DNA from: the human T2T-CHM13v2.0 reference genome, Homo sapiens
Direction: 5' to 3' (one strand)
Length of the DNA stretch: 64,000 nt
Assembly: GCF_009914755.1 (NCBI RefSeq)
Contig: NC_060947.1
Part shown: in pieces, positions 30,801 to 46,124 of the stretch
Numbering within the stretch: position 1 is the stretch's first letter
Layout of the letters: each line of letters starts with the position of its first letter
The notes under the pieces: generated by a model
Seen by the model: the letters and a program-made list of their open reading frames with translations, nothing else
Databases searched by the model: none
What the model was told of the DNA's origin: nothing
Translations under genes and position numbers: made by a program

Positions 30801-33800
30801 ACACACATAGGTTCAAAATAAAGAGATGGAGAAATATCTACCAAGCAAATGAAATACAGAAAAACAGCAGGGGTTGCACTGTGAGTTTCAGTCAAAATGG
30901 TCTTTAAACCAACAAATATTAAAAAAAAAAGACAAAGAAGGGCATTACGTAATGGTAAAGGGTTTGATTCAACAAGAAGAGCCAACTATCATAATTACCC
31001 AACACAGGATCACCCAGATTCATAAAGCAAGTTCTTAGAGACTGTCAAAGAAACTTACACTCCCACACAATAACAGTGAGAAAATTCAACACCTCACTGA
31101 CAACATTAGACAGATCACTGAGACAGAAAATTAACAAAGGTATTCAGGGCCTGAACTCAACACTGGATCAAATGGACCTGATAGACATCTACAGGACTCT
31201 CCACCAAAAAAAAAAAAAAAAAAAAAATAGAATATACATTCTTCTCATTGACACATGGCACATACTCTAAAACCAATGACATAATCAGAAATAAAACAGT
31301 CCTCAGCAAATGCAAAAGAGCTGAAATTATAACAAACAATCTCTTGGACCATACCAAAATTAAATTAGAAATCAAGACTAAGAAATTCACTCAAAACTAT
31401 ACAATTACATGAAAATTGAATGACCTACTCCTAAATGACTGTTGGGTAAATGATGAAATAAAGGTAAAAATCAAGAAGTTCTTTAAAACTAACGAAGACA
31501 AAGATGCAACATACCAGAATCTCTTGGAAAGAGCTAAGGTGGTGCTGAGAGAAATATTTACAGCACTAAATGCCCACATCAAAAAGTTGGAAATATCACA
31601 AGCTAACAACCTAACATCAAAACTAAATTTACTAGAGAACCAAGAGAAAACTAACCCCAAGCTGGCAGTAGACAAGAAAAAACCAAAACTAGAGCTAAAC
31701 TGAAGGAGATTGAGACACAAAAAACATCTAAAAGATCAACATATCCATGAGCTGGTTTTTTGAAAAAAATAATAAAATAGACTGCTAGCTAGACTAATAA
31801 AGAAATAAAGGAGAAAAGATAAAAATAAACACAATCAAAGAGAATGAGGGGAATATTACCACTGACCTCCACAGAAACACAAATAACCATCAGAGAATAT
31901 TATAAACATCTCTATGCGCACAAATTATAAAATTTAGAAGAATTGGATAAATTCCTGGACACATACACCTCCCAAGACTGAACCAGGAAGAATTCAAATA
32001 CCTGAACAAACCAATAACGAGCTCTGAAATTGAATCAGTAACAAATAGCCTACCAACCAAAAAAATAAAAGCCCAGGACCAGACACATTCAAAGCTGAAT
32101 TCCACCATAGGTACAAAGAAGAGCTGGTCCCATTCCTGTAGAAACTATTCCGAAAAAAAATGAGGAGGAAGGAGTACTCTCTAACTCATTCTGAGGCCAG
32201 CATCTTTCTGATACTGAAACCTGGAAGAGACACAACAATAAATGAAAATTTCAAGCAGTATCTTTGATTAACATTAATGCAAAAATTCTCAACAAAATAC
32301 TAGCAAACTGAATCCAGAAGCACATCAAAAAGCTTAATCACCAAAATCAAGTAGGCTTTATCTCTGGAATGCAAAGTTCCTTCAACATATGCAGATAAAA
32401 AAAGGTGATTCATCATATAAACAGAACTAAAGACAAAAACCACATGATTATCTCAATATATGCAGAAAAGACTTTTGATAAAATTCAACACATTTTATAT
32501 TAAAAAGAACTCTCAATAGACTAGTTATTGAGGGAACATACAGCAAAATAATAAGAGCCATTTATGACAAACCCTCAGCCAACATCATAATGAATGGGCA
32601 AAAGCCAGAAGCATTCCCCTTGAAAACAAGCACAAGAATAAAGATGCCCTCTCTCACCACCCCTATTCAAATTAGCTTTGGAAGTCCTGGCCAGGGCAGT
32701 CAGGCAAGAGATAGAAATAAAGCACATCCAAATAGGAAAAAAAGAAGTCCAACGGTTCCTGCTTGCAGATGACATAATGCTATTACTAGAAAGCCCTATA
32801 GTCTTGGCCCAAAAACTTCTTAAGTTGATGAACAACTTCAACAAAGTCTCAGGATACAAACCAATGTACAGAAGTCATTAGCACTCCTATATATCAAAAA
32901 TATTGAAGCCAAGAGCCAAATTAGGAATGTGATCTTATTCGCAATTGCCACACACAAAAAATAAAATACCTAGGAATATATCTAATCAAGGAGGTAAAAG
33001 ACCTCCAAAAGGAGAACTACGAAGCACTTCTCAAATAAATCAGAGATGACACAAACAAATGAAAAATCATTCCATGCTCATAGTTAGGAAGAATAATGGC
33101 TATACTGCCTAAAGCAATTTATAGATTCAATGCTATTGCTGTTCAACTACCAATGATATTATTCAGAGAACTAGAAAATACTATTTTAAAATTCATACAA
33201 AACCAAAAAAGAGCCTGAATAGCCAAGGGAATCCTAATTTAAAAAGAGTGGCATCATGTTACTCCACTTCAAATTACACTAAACGGCTACAGAAATCAAA
33301 ACAGCATTATATTGCTGCAAAAACAGTCACATAGACCGATAAAACAGTATAGAGAACCAGGAAATAAGGCCACACACTTACAACTATCCGATTTTCAACA
33401 AAGCTGGAAAAAGAAAAACAACCAATGGAGAAGGACTCCCTATTCGATAAATGGTGCTGGGATAACTGGCTAGCCATATGCAGAAGATTGAATTTTGACC
33501 CATTTCTTATACCATGCACATAGTTAACGGAAGGTGGATTAAAGATTTAAATGTAAAACCCTAAACCTTGAAGACAACCTAGTCAATACCATTCTGGATA
33601 AAGAAATGGGCAAAGATTTTATGATGAAGACATTAAAAGCAATTGCAATATAAGCAAAAATGGACAAATGGGGTCTAATTAAGCTGAAGAGTTTCGGCAC
33701 AGCAAAAGAAACTGTCAACACAGTGAACAGACAACCTACAGAACAGGAAGAAATATTTGCAAACTATGCATCTGACAAAGGCCTGATATCCAGCATCTAT

Positions 33801-34670
33801 AAGAAACTTAAACAAACTTACAAGAAAAAAAAACAGTTTTAAAGTAGGCAAGCAACATGAAGAGACACTTTTTGAAAGAAGGCATACACATAGCCAAAAA
33901 TCATATTTAAGAAGTTCAACATCACTCCTCATTAGAGAAATTCAAATCAAAACCACAATGAGATACCATCTCACACCAATCAGAAAGGCTATTCTTAAAA
34001 AGACAAAAAAGTAACAGGTGCTGGTAAGGTTGCAAAGAAAAGCGAACACTTATACACTGTTGGTGGGAGTGCAAGTTAGTTAAACTATCGTGAAAGACAG
34101 TGTGGTGATTCCTTCAAGACCTAAAAACATAATTACCATTTCACCCAGTAATACCATTACTGGGTATAGACCCAAAGGAATATAAATTATTCTATCATAA
34201 AGACATATGCATAGGTATGTTCATCACAGCACTATTCACAATAGCAAAGACCTGGAATCAACTTAAATCCCCATCAACAGTAGACTGGATAAAGAAAATG
34301 TGGTACATATACAGCATGGAATACTAAGAAACCATAAAAAGAATGAGATAACATGCTTTGCAGGAACATGGATGGAGCTGGAGGCCATTATTCTTAGCAA
34401 ACTAATACTGGAACAGAAAACTGAATACTGCAAGTTCTCACTTATAAGTGGGAGCTAAAATGATAACACAAGGGCACATAGAAGAGAACAACACACACTG
34501 GAATCTATTGGAGGATGGAGGGTGGGAAGAGAGAGACCAGGAAAAATAACTAATGAGTACTTGGCTTAATACCTGAGTGATGAAATAATCTGGACAACAA
34601 TCCCTCATGACACAAGTTTACCTATGTAACAAATGTACACACGTACCCCTGAGCTTAAAATAAAAGTTAA
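21810..34670 (+). mobile_element. Near full-length older L1 (L1PA13-16/L1PREC2-like), split by a nested L1
   Basis: 5' end caagatggctgactag and a GC-rich 5'UTR. ORF1 at about 29600-30600, ORF2 from ATG 30653 to 34458. The 3'UTR has aaaaataactaatgagtac...cttaaaataaaagtt. Confidence 0.85.
23305..29461 (+). mobile_element. Full-length L1PA6/7-like LINE-1 (about 6.15 kb) with 15 bp TSD; ORF1 24343-25364 and ORF2 25427-29242 both disrupted
   Basis: TSD AAAATCTTCCAGAAA at 23290-23304 and 29462-29476. ORF2 starts MTGSNSHITILTLNVNGLN and ends SLIGGN*. RT FADD is mutated to FAGD. YY1 site is mutated (caagatgacc). Confidence 0.96.
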
Positions 34671-37600
34671 ATATAGAAAGAGCATGTGGACATAGGAGAT
34701 GGAGGCATTTCTTTGCTTCCCTCACCCCTGTGGCAGACTGCTGACTGCCAAGTTATCATAAAAACCCTCTGCCCTGTATGCCCAGGCATCATTGCCATTG
34801 TTGACAGAGAGTTGAAAAGTTTTTGAGAGCAGAACATCAGGCAACCAACTTGCACAGGTTCATTCATTTCTCTTCAAACTTGAGCTAAGGTGTTGGTTGG
34901 CATTCTGGTTGTGCACTCATTGTGGGACACTATCCTGCCCAGGGAATCTCAGCCCTTGTGTCTCTGCATCCCTAGATTCTCCACAAATATTTACCAAAAA
35001 CTTCTCTGACTCTGGCAACCACAGGGAACTGGCAGGATTCTGGGGACCTTAGGATCCCTGAAGAACTATCCTTCGGTATGGGACAACCCTGGAGGAAAGG
35101 GGAGCACAGCTCATGAAAGCACCCACTAGGACAGAGGAAAGTTGATTACAAGCCCTTCCCTGCCCAAGAGCCCCCTGCTTGTGACCAAAGTGTGCTTCTC
35201 CAAGCATAGAGAGATGAAGGCTTAGTGCTTATCTGTGAATGGGGGGGAGTGTTGTTCCAACAGGGTGGACAGGGAACACCAGTGTCCCAAAAGGGTCATA
35301 GAGAGGAGGTCTCCTTCCAGTCCACTGATCCACTGCTATGAATGTAGCTGTTACGTTTCCTACTAGGGCTTGATATCAATGCACTCAGACACAAACTTTT
35401 CAGCACTATCTGGGGCAGCGGCATTACCACTGAAAGTCTGCAGTATGCATTCCCAGACTTGCATAATGGATGGGGCTTATCACCCCCTCTCTATATTCCT
35501 GCAGTGAGTGCAGAACAGCCACAGAGCTGTCTGCCATTTCCTGAGAGAAGAGGTTCTGTCCCAAAGTCATTTATGGGGTACCTGCCAGATGGGCATTTTC
35601 CACAGATCTAAGTTCCACTGTGGCCTGGAAAAAAAGGACAGTGTCTATTTGAACTAAAAGTCATGAAACCTAGGACAAGAGTGTGGTAAGAAAGTTGGTC
35701 ATGTTCCTGCCTTCTCAGGATGAGAAGATGGTTCAGCCCCTTCTTCCTTCCACCACAGAGACCACAGCCCATCCCACCATGAGCTCACCCTGCCACCAAC
35801 ATCAGGGAGGGTGCTTTTACTTGTCACCTAGCTATCTAGGGGTGAGCTCATTTGTAAGTGCCACCTAATGGAATAGAGATTAAACTGCACACCCAAATAA
35901 AAATGTGCTGACAGAAGGACATAATACTAGGAAACAGGATGAGAAAGCCACCACACACACACAAAAATCTACCTATAACCAACGAACTTAATACAAGCCT
36001 TGATCTTCAGAAATCACCCAAAATTGAAGACAAGCATAAACAACATAAATTACTGTCACATCTCAAGAAAGAAAAGAATAAAAAATTAAAAAGTCCTCTT
36101 TAAAGGAAAGCAAACTCAAAAATAAGAAGTGACAGTCCACGTGAGAATAAATCAGCATAAGAACTTCAGCAGTAAAAGCAAACAGAATATTTTGATGCCC
36201 CCAAAAGATTATATAATCTCTCTAGCAAGGGATCCTAACCAAAATGGATTTTTTAAAATGACAAATAAATAATTCAAAATATATATTGTAAGAAATATCA
36301 ATAAGATCCAAGATAAAGTGAAAAAGCAATGCAAAGAAATCAGAAAAACATTCAGAATATGAATGAAAAATTTACTAATGAGACATATCTTTAAAAACAC
36401 AGAATTTGTAGAAATAAAAGTTAAAGAAATTATAAAATATAGTTAAAAGCTTTAATAATAGACTAGACTAAGTGGTAGAAATAATTTCAGAACTTGAAGA
36501 CTGGTCCTCTGAATTAACCCAGTCAGACAAAAATAAAGAAAGAGGTATTTAAAAATAAGCCAAGTCTTTGAGAAGTATGGGATTATGTAAAGAGACCAAA
36601 TCCATGAAGTGTAGGCATTCCTTAGGAAGAAGAAGAAGAAAAAGTAAAAAGCTTGGAAAATGTAATTGATGGGTTAATTCAAGAAAATTTTAATGGTGAA
36701 ACTTAGAGAATTAAACATCCAGCACAAGAAGCTCAAAGAACACCTGGGAGGTTCTCTGCAAGACAAATCTTACCAAGGTCTGTAGTCATCAGACAATCCA
36801 AAGTCAATATGAAGGAAAAAGGTTTAAAAGCAGCCAGAGAGAAGCATCTAGTCACATATAAAGAGAATCCCATCAGACTAACAGCAGACATCTCAGTAGA
36901 AACCATACAAGCCAGAAGAAATTCTAGGCCTATTTTCAGACTTCTTTTAAAAAATATGCTAGCCAAGAATTTCACATCCTGCTAATCTAAATTTCAAATA
37001 TGAGACAGAAATAAATTCTTCCCAAACAAGCAAACACTAAGTAAATTAATCACCCACATTACTGACACCTAAAGAAATACCCAAAAAAAGTTCTACACAT
37101 GGAAACAAAAGGATGAAACTAATCATCAAAAAAGCACACATAAGCACAAAGCTCACAGATTCTAGAAAGCACTTCCAAAATTGAGACTACAAAGCAAGTA
37201 GGTAACCACATTATGAGAGGACAAACTCTCACATACCAATATTAACTTTGAAAGTAAATGTACTAAATGCTCCACTTAAAAGATATGGGCTGGCAAATTG
37301 GATTTAAAAGAAACCACAAAATCCAGCAAATTGCTGCCTACAAGAGACCCACCTAATGGGGTATAAACACCCACAGACTGAAGGTAAAATGGTGGAAAAA
37401 GATATACCACACAAATGGAAAACAAAAGTGACCAGGAGTAGCTATAGACACACAAAGTTATTATATATTAATAAATAATTCAATTCAACAAGAAGATGTA
37501 ACTATCCTAAATATACATGCACCAAACATCAGAGTATGCATATTCACAAAACAAGTACCACTAGATCAAAAAATAGAGATAGACAACAATACAATAATAG

Positions 37601-38714
37601 TAGAGAATGCAGCACCCCATTGACAGCACTAGACACATAATTATGAAACAAAATCAACAAAGAAACTCTGGATTTAAGCTTGACTCAACCCCAAGTGGAC
37701 CTAAAGAGACATTTATAGGACACTCTACCCAACATCTTAAGAATATAAATTTTTCTTCTTTGAGTATGCATTCTTCTTGAAAGTAAACCATATCCTTGGC
37801 TATAAACAAAGTTTCAATAAATTCAAAAAATAAAATAATATCAAGTATCTACTTGGATCACAGTTGAACAAAATTAGAAATAAATACCAAGTAGAATTCT
37901 CAAAGCTATATAAATAAATAAAATCTAAACAATGTGCTCCTGAATGATCATTGGGTAAATGATGAAATTGGGCAGAAACGAAAAACTTTGTTGAAACAAA
38001 TAAAAATAAGCACAACATACAATAACCTCTGAGACACTGCTAACAGAAATGTTAACAGCATTAACTGCCTACATCAGAGAGATAGAAAGATCTCAAATTA
38101 ACAACCTAATATTGCACCTAAAAACTGGACAAACAATAACAAACTAAATCCAATGCTAGCAGAAGAAAGGAAGTGATAAAGATCAGAGCAGAACAAAATG
38201 AGACAAAGACCAAAAAGAAGGATAAATAAAATCAAATTTTTTTTGAAAGATACTCAAAATTGGCAGGCCAGTAACTAAACAATAAAAATGAGAAATGTTT
38301 TAAATAAGCACAATGAGAAATGATAAAGGTGAGATTACAACTGATACCACAGAGATACCAAGCAATCATCCAGGACTATTATTAAAATCTCTATGTGTAC
38401 AAACTTAAAAACATAGAGAAAATGAATCAATATAGATAAATTCCTGGAAATATCCAACCTCTCAAGATTGAACCAGGGAGAAATGAAAATTCTGAACTCA
38501 ATAATGTGTGATGATATTGAATCAGTAATAAAAAAATCTCTCAAGGGAGAAAAAAAGCCCAGGACCAGATGGAATCACAGCCAAATTTTACCAGACATGT
38601 AAATAAAAGTTGATAACAATCTTACTGAAACTACTCAAAAAATCACAAAGAAGGATTTTTCCTTAACTAATTGTCTGAAACCAGTATCACCCTGATACCA
38701 AAATCAGGTAAGGG

Positions 38715-38716
<2 letters not shown>

Positions 38717-38746
<30 letters not shown>
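38717..38746. repeat. (CA)n microsatellite
   Basis: Direct reading of the sequence. Confidence 0.92.
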
Positions 38747-38749
<3 letters not shown>

Positions 38750-39156
38750 CAAAAAAACCTCTCATTGGCCAATATCCCTGATGAACCCAAGTGCAAAAAT
38801 TCTAAAAAAATACTAACAAATTAACTACACATCAAAGTGATAACACATCCCAGTCAACTGGGTTTTATTACATTGATGCAAAAATGGTTCAACATAGACA
38901 AAACAAATAAATGTGTTTTACCACATAAACAAAATAAAAATGAAAACCATAAAATCATGTCAATAGATGCAAAAGAAGAATTCAATACAATTTAACATCT
39001 GTTCTTGATAAAAATTCTAAAATATCTATACAATGAAAGATCATACCTCAAAATAATAGGAGGTATATATAACTAACCCACAACCAACATTACACTGAAT
39101 GAGGAAAAGTTGAAATCATTCACCTTAAGAATTGGAACAAAACGATGTCCACTCTT

Positions 39157-39449
39157 TTTTTTTTTTCCGAGACCGTCTCACCCTGTTGCCCAGGCTGGAG
39201 TGCAGTGGTGCAAGCTCAGCTCCCTGCAGCCTCTGCCTCCCGGGTTCAAATGATTCTCATACGTCAGCCCCATGAGGAGCTGGGACTACAGGCATGCACC
39301 ATCATGGCCAGCTGATTTTTTCCATTTTTAGTAGAGATGGGATTTCACTGTGTTGGCCAGGCTGGTCTCAAACACCTAGCTTCAAGTGATCTACCCAGCT
39401 AGGCCTCTGAAAGTGCAGGGATTACAGTTGTGAGCCACTGCACCCAGCC
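39157..39449 (-). mobile_element. Alu (old S or J) with 9 bp TSD
   Basis: TSD TCCACTCTT at 39148-39156 and 39450-39458. Confidence 0.93.
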
Positions 39450-41414
39450 TCCACTCTTACCACTTCTATTTAGCAGAGTATTCTGGGTCCTAGCTAAAAT
39501 AATCAGGCAAGAAAAAAAGTAAAAGGCATCCAAATTGGAAAAGAGGATGTCAAATTATTTCTCTTCACTTATGACATAATCTTATACAGAGAAAACTCTA
39601 AAGACTCCTCTAAAAGGCTTCTAGACTTGAAAAATGACTTCACTAAGGTTTTAGGATACAAAATTGATGTACAAAAATCAGTAGAATTTTTATATGCCAA
39701 TAATAACGAAGCTGAGAGCTAAATCAAGAACTCAATACCATTTACAATAGTCACAAAAATTTAAATACCCAGGAATCAATTTAATAATAGAGGTGAAAGA
39801 TCTTTTCAAGGAGAGCTATAAAACACTGATGAAAGAAACAAATGGAAATCATTTCATGCTCATGCTTTGGAAGAATCAATATTGTTAAAATGATTATACT
39901 TTTCCAAGCAATCTACAGATTCAGTGCAATTCTTATCAAATTAACAACATAATATTTTACAGAATGACAAAAAAAATCCTAAAACTCACTTGGAACCAAA
40001 AATAAAAAGCATAAATGTTCAAAGCAATCCCAAGCATAAAGTACAAGCATGGAGGCACCACATTACCTGACTTTGAATTATATTACAAGGCAATAGCAAT
40101 CAAAACAGCATAATAATGATACAAAAATATATATGGAACAGATCAATGAAACAGAATAGTGAACCCAGGAATAAAGCCACATACCTACATTCAACAGATC
40201 TTCAACAATGTCACCACAAATATATAATGGGAAAAGAACACACTATTCAATAAATTATGCTGGAAAAAATGGATAGTCATATGCGGAAAAATAAAACTGG
40301 GCCTTTATTTCTCACCATATACAAAAATTACTCACAATGGATTAATGGCTTAAATGTATGGACTGAAACTACAAAATTCTTAAAAGAAAACCTTGACTGA
40401 GTTCTCAATAGCAAATTCAACAGAAACAAAATAGACAAATGGAACTAAATTAAAGAGCTGCTGCATAGCAAAATAAACAGACTATACAGATAACCTATAG
40501 TAAGGGAGAAAAATATTTACAAACTATGCATTTGACAGATGCTTAACATTAAGAACCTACAAGAAACTCAAAAAAACAAGAAATAAACAAATAACAGTTA
40601 AAAAGTGAGCAAAGTACATCAACAGATATTTATCAAAAGAAGATCTAGAAGCATCATCCAACAAACATGAAAAATGGTCATCACTAGTCATCAGAGAAAT
40701 GCAAATTAAAACAACAATGATATACCATTTCATAACAGTTATAATGGCTACTATTAAAACATAAAAAAACAGATATTGGTGAGGGTGCAAAAAAAGAAAA
40801 CATTTACACACTGTTGGCAGAAATGTAAATTAGTACAATCTCTATGAAATACAGTATGGCAATTTCTCAAAGAACTAAAAACAGAACTGCTATTTGACCT
40901 AGCAATTTCACTACTGGAGATCTGCCAAAGTGAAAAAAATATATATTATATCAAAAAGATACCTGCACTTATATGTTTATTGCAGTACTATTTTAAAAAG
41001 CAAAGTCGTGAAATCAATCAAAGTGTCCATCAAGAGATAACTGGATAAAGAAAATGTGCTATATATGCACTATGAATTACTACACAGCCTTAACAAAAAA
41101 ATTAAATCATCTCCTTTCCAGCAACATGAATGGAACTGGAGGCCTTTATTCTAAGAGAAATAGCATTAGAAAATCTAATGCCTCTTGTTCTCACTTAGAA
41201 GTGGAAGCTAAACAATGGCTACACATGAGTATACAGAGGAAAATAACAGACACAGATGACTACCAAAGGGAGAAGGGTGGGAGCAGGTGGAGAGTTGAAA
41301 AGCTACCTATTGGGTACAATGTTTACTGTTTGGGTGATAGGCACACTAGAATTTCAAACCTCACCATTACACAATATATGCATGTTACAAACTTGCACAT
41401 TTACTTTCTGAGTG

Positions 41415-41612
41415 TATATATATATATATAAAATATTCCATATATTATATATATAAAAAATATTCCATATATTATATATATATAAAATATTCCATATATT
41501 ATATATATATAAAATATTCCATATATTATATATATATAAAATATTCCATATATTATATATATAAAATATTCCATATATTATATATATAAAATATTCCATA
41601 TATTATATATAT
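41415..41612. repeat. AT-rich minisatellite, 7 copies of a 25-27 bp unit AAAATATTCCATATAT(TA)n
   Basis: Seven TTCC cores at 27 bp and then 25 bp spacing. It replaces the L1PB poly-A tail. Confidence 0.93.
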
Positions 41613-41692
41613 GGAGTCATATTACTTACCTTTAGCCTATTGAGTTGTGTGTGTTCCACATATGTATAGCTTAACAATATATTTAATTTAAT

Positions 41693-41705
41693 TATATATA
41701 TATAT

Positions 41706-41736
<31 letters not shown>
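41693..41736. repeat. Compound (TA)n(CA)n microsatellite
   Basis: Direct reading of the sequence. Confidence 0.9.
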
Positions 41737-44700
41737 AAACTAGCTAGGAGATAATCACACCTAAAAACAGATCATCTAGGAAAGAACACTGGAATTCAAC
41801 AGAGGAATAATGACAAGCGCAAAAAGAAAGGAAGTAGGGAAGCAAGGCAGCCTATTTGCCTATATGGCCAGGATTGTTGGGGAGCCTGGAGAGCCTTCCT
41901 AATGCAGGACAGGTAAGTGAGAGATCCTCAGCAGTCCACTTTCCTGCAGAGGACTCCTAAAATCATAGCCGCAAGAGAGTACCTAGACCCTCGGGAACAC
42001 CAAGAAAAATATAAGCAGCTGCCTGGAAACTGCACAAAGACACTGCTCCAGAAAAAGAGAGAGAAAGAGAGACAGAGCTCACCCTGGGTCCCACAACTCC
42101 CTAAATCATAAGCAGCTGCAGCACGGTGCCATTTTTAACAGCACAACACCCACCAAACTGTGTCCTTCTTGGGGTTTAACAGCTTCTGCATCTCAACATC
42201 CATGGAGCCCTATTGGCATTCCTCACCTACAACCACTGATTTCCCCAGCAGGAAAGCAGCCAGAAATTTCCAATCACCCTAAGGATAAATTTCATTGCCC
42301 ACATTTGCCACTGCTGCAGGCAGATGTGGCACCAAGAAATGACCAAAACATAGCCCTCAGCTGCCTGCCTAAAGCTGCTTCCACTCAAAAAAGAAAAACC
42401 TGCACTCCCCATGACAGAACCACAGCACAGTGGCAAGTGCTACCACCTGAGCATTCTGCTGGGAGTCTGGGTTTTATGCTGCTCCTGTCTACAAGAAGTA
42501 ATACCTGAACATATCACTGAGAAGCCTGAGGGAAGATTTTTTTTGGCCTGGCTACACACCCCTAGTACGTGAGCATGACATCTAGGGGCCTGAAGATTAC
42601 CCAGTTCAGTCAACCATTGATTGGTCCTTGAGCACTTCTCTTAGTGTCTGAGGTCAGGCTCACTAAACCTGCTGCTACCACCACAGCTGGCACCCAACTG
42701 CTCATGCCACATATGAAGGTGGAGAGCAGTCTGCCAGGCCCAACAAAGCCACCATTGATACCAGCATGAACAGCTTTGATTTCAAAGAGTTGTCTCAGAA
42801 CAGCTACTTCCTTCATCTACTTCACACCTACTGCTCAGGTGATCAAATCCTGTCCATCTACCTAACTTACTACTGTCACTACCAGCATCTAAGAAAGCCA
42901 CCTGGAGACCTGATATTTGGTCAGCCTAGACCTGATAACACTGCTGCCAGCATACACTGCTCTGAGGACCAAGAACTGCCATACTCAGCCTGCCACTGCC
43001 TCCAGTGTGGCCTGAATACTGAACCATATGGCATCCTAGCTCCCAGGAAAAATTTACCATACTCTTCACTAACAACCACAACCAAAGCCACCAAGGAAAT
43101 CAAAGCTATCACTGATGCTATTTACAGCTGGAAAATATATACAGAGACTAAACTACTAAACACACTCAGAACCAAAGCCAAAGTGATCTGCACAAGCAAA
43201 ATCATAGATACATCTTCAGGAATATTCCTCCCCTACGAAAACAAATTCAAAAAAATAGAAGTGGTGACTGTTACACCAGTGTTCAAATATTGATGTAAAG
43301 ACACAAGAAACATTTAAAAACGCAAGAAAATATGACTCTTCAAAAGGAACAAATTAATTCTCCAGCATAAGATTCCAATAAAAAAAATGAGTAAATTTCT
43401 AGAGAAACAAATCAAAATGGTGGTACTAAAGAAGTTCATTGAGATACTAGAAAATACTGCAAGACAATCCAATGAAAACAAAAAAAAAATCAGTATCTGA
43501 ATGAGAAATTTAACAAAGATGTAGCTATAAAAAGCAAACAGAAATTCTGGAACTGAAATTTATGGAATAACATACAAAATACATTTGAAAGCTTCAGGAA
43601 TAGAGTAGATCAAATAAAGAAAAATTTCAGAATGTAAACCCAGGTCTTTTAAAATAACACATTCAGACAAAAATAAAGAAATAAATGTTAAGAAGAATTA
43701 GCAAAGCCTACGTGACACGTGGAATACCATAAAGTGATCAAATATTCAAATTTTTGGAGTCTTAGAATGCAAAAAACAACAGTTAAAAATATTTGGAAAA
43801 ATTATAGATTAAAATTTCCCAAAACTGGCAAGAGATTTAGACATCCACATAGAGGAAACTCAAAGATCCCCAAAAACACAATTCAAAACAGTCTTCTCCA
43901 AGGCACATTATACTCAAATTGTCAAAAGTCAAATACAAAGAGAAAATTTTAGAAACAGCAAAAAAAATGGCTAGTCACTTGTAAAGAAACCCACATCAGC
44001 AAATTTCTCTGCAGAAATCTTACAGGCCAGGAGAGAATAGGATAGTATATTCAAAGTGATAAAAAAAAATGGCAGCCAAAGATACTCTACACAGCAATAG
44101 TATCCTTTATAAATGAAGATGAAATACTTTCCCAGACATGCAACAGCTAAGTAAGTCAATCACAGCTTGGCCAGTACTACAAGACATGCTTAAGAAGTCC
44201 TGCGTCTTATAGGAAAAGGCTGATGACTATCATCACAAAAACAGAGCAAAATATTGAAATCACTGGTACAGCAAACACAAAAGTACAGAGGAGAAAAAAA
44301 TTCAGTGTTATCACTACAGAGTAGCCTCAAGCCACAATATTATACAATCAAGGAGAAAGAAATAAATAAATGATATCCAAAACAAACAAATAAATTAACA
44401 GACAGAAGTAAGCCCTCACATATCAATAACAGCATTACATGTAAATGGATTAAATTTTCTACTGAAAATATATAAAGTGGTTGAAGGGAATGGATTTTTA
44501 AAAATTACCAAACTGTATGCTACCTACAAAAAACTAATTTCATCTGTAAAGACACATGCAAACTGAAAGTAAAGGTATAGAAAAAGATATTTTATACAAA
44601 GAGAAAACCAAAGGGAGAAGGAGTAGCTATACTTATACCAAATATAAAAGACATTAAGTCAAAAACAGTAAAAAGAGACAGAAAAGGTCATTATATAGTG

Positions 44701-44998
44701 GCAAAAACAACAATTCAGAAAGAGAATATAAAAACTTTAAATATATATGCATTCAACACCTGAGCACCAGGTAGGTAAATACTAGATCTAAAGGGAGAGA
44801 TAGCCTCCAATACAAAAATAGTTAAGGACTTCAAAATGTGACTTAATGTTAGACAGATCATCTTAAAAAATTAACATAGGAACATGGATTTAAACTGCAC
44901 ATTAGATCATATGTACACAACAAACATTTAAAGAACACTTTATCCCACAGCTACAGAATACACATTGTTTTCATGAGCACATAAAATATTCTCCAGAA

Positions 44999-45305
44999 CC
45001 CCGGCAAAGTGGCTCCTGCCTGTAATCCCAGCACTTCAGAAGGCCGAGATAGGAGGATAACTTTAGGCCAAGAGTTCGCAACTAGCCTGAACAACATAGC
45101 AATACCTTGTCTCTACAAAAAAAAAAAAAAAAAAAAAATGTGTTTAATTTGCTAGGTGTGGTGACGCACACCCGTAGTCCTAGCTACTCAGAAGGCCAAA
45201 GTGAAAGGTTCCCTTGAGCTCAGGAGTTCAAGGCTGTAATGAGCTGTGATCATACCACTGTACTCCAGCCTGGGTGACAGAGCAAGACCCTGTCTTACAA
45301 AAAAT
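44999..45305 (+). mobile_element. AluJ-like element
   Basis: J-type right arm (ggagttcaaggctgtaatgagctgtgatc), expanded middle A-run, degenerate TSD aatattctccaga / aatactatccaaga. Confidence 0.88.
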
Positions 45306-45683
45306 AATACTATCCAAGATAGACCATATGTTAGGACACAAAACAACTCTCAACAAATTTTTAAAAATAGAAATAAAATAGAAATTATACTATGTATCTT
45401 CTCAGACCACAATAAAATGAAACTAAAAATCAGTAACAAGAGAAACTTTGAAAACTATACAAGCACATGTAAATTAACCCACATTATCCTAAGACACCCT
45501 TGGGTTAAGGAAAACATTAAGGAGGGAATCAAAAATTTCTTGAAACAAATGAAAATCGAAACAACATGCCAAAATCTCTGACACACAACAATAGCAACAC
45601 TGACAAAAGTTTATAACAAAAAATACCTAGATTTAAAAAGTAGAAAGATTTCAAACAATCTAATGGTGCAGCTCAAGGAACTA

Positions 45684-46124
<441 letters not shown>

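Larger units (their letters stand above)
34690..41420 (+). mobile_element. Near full-length L1PB-like LINE-1
   Basis: 5'UTR-like GC-rich region, ORF1 remnants (cccatcagactaacagcagac), ORF2 from about 37213, and a 3'UTR with ctacctattgggtacaatg...aaacctcaccattacacaatat. Confidence 0.82.

Noticed and set aside
42766-43293. 175 aa ORF as a novel gene
   Set aside because: It lies in a decayed L1 5'UTR, with no recognisable domain or splice context.
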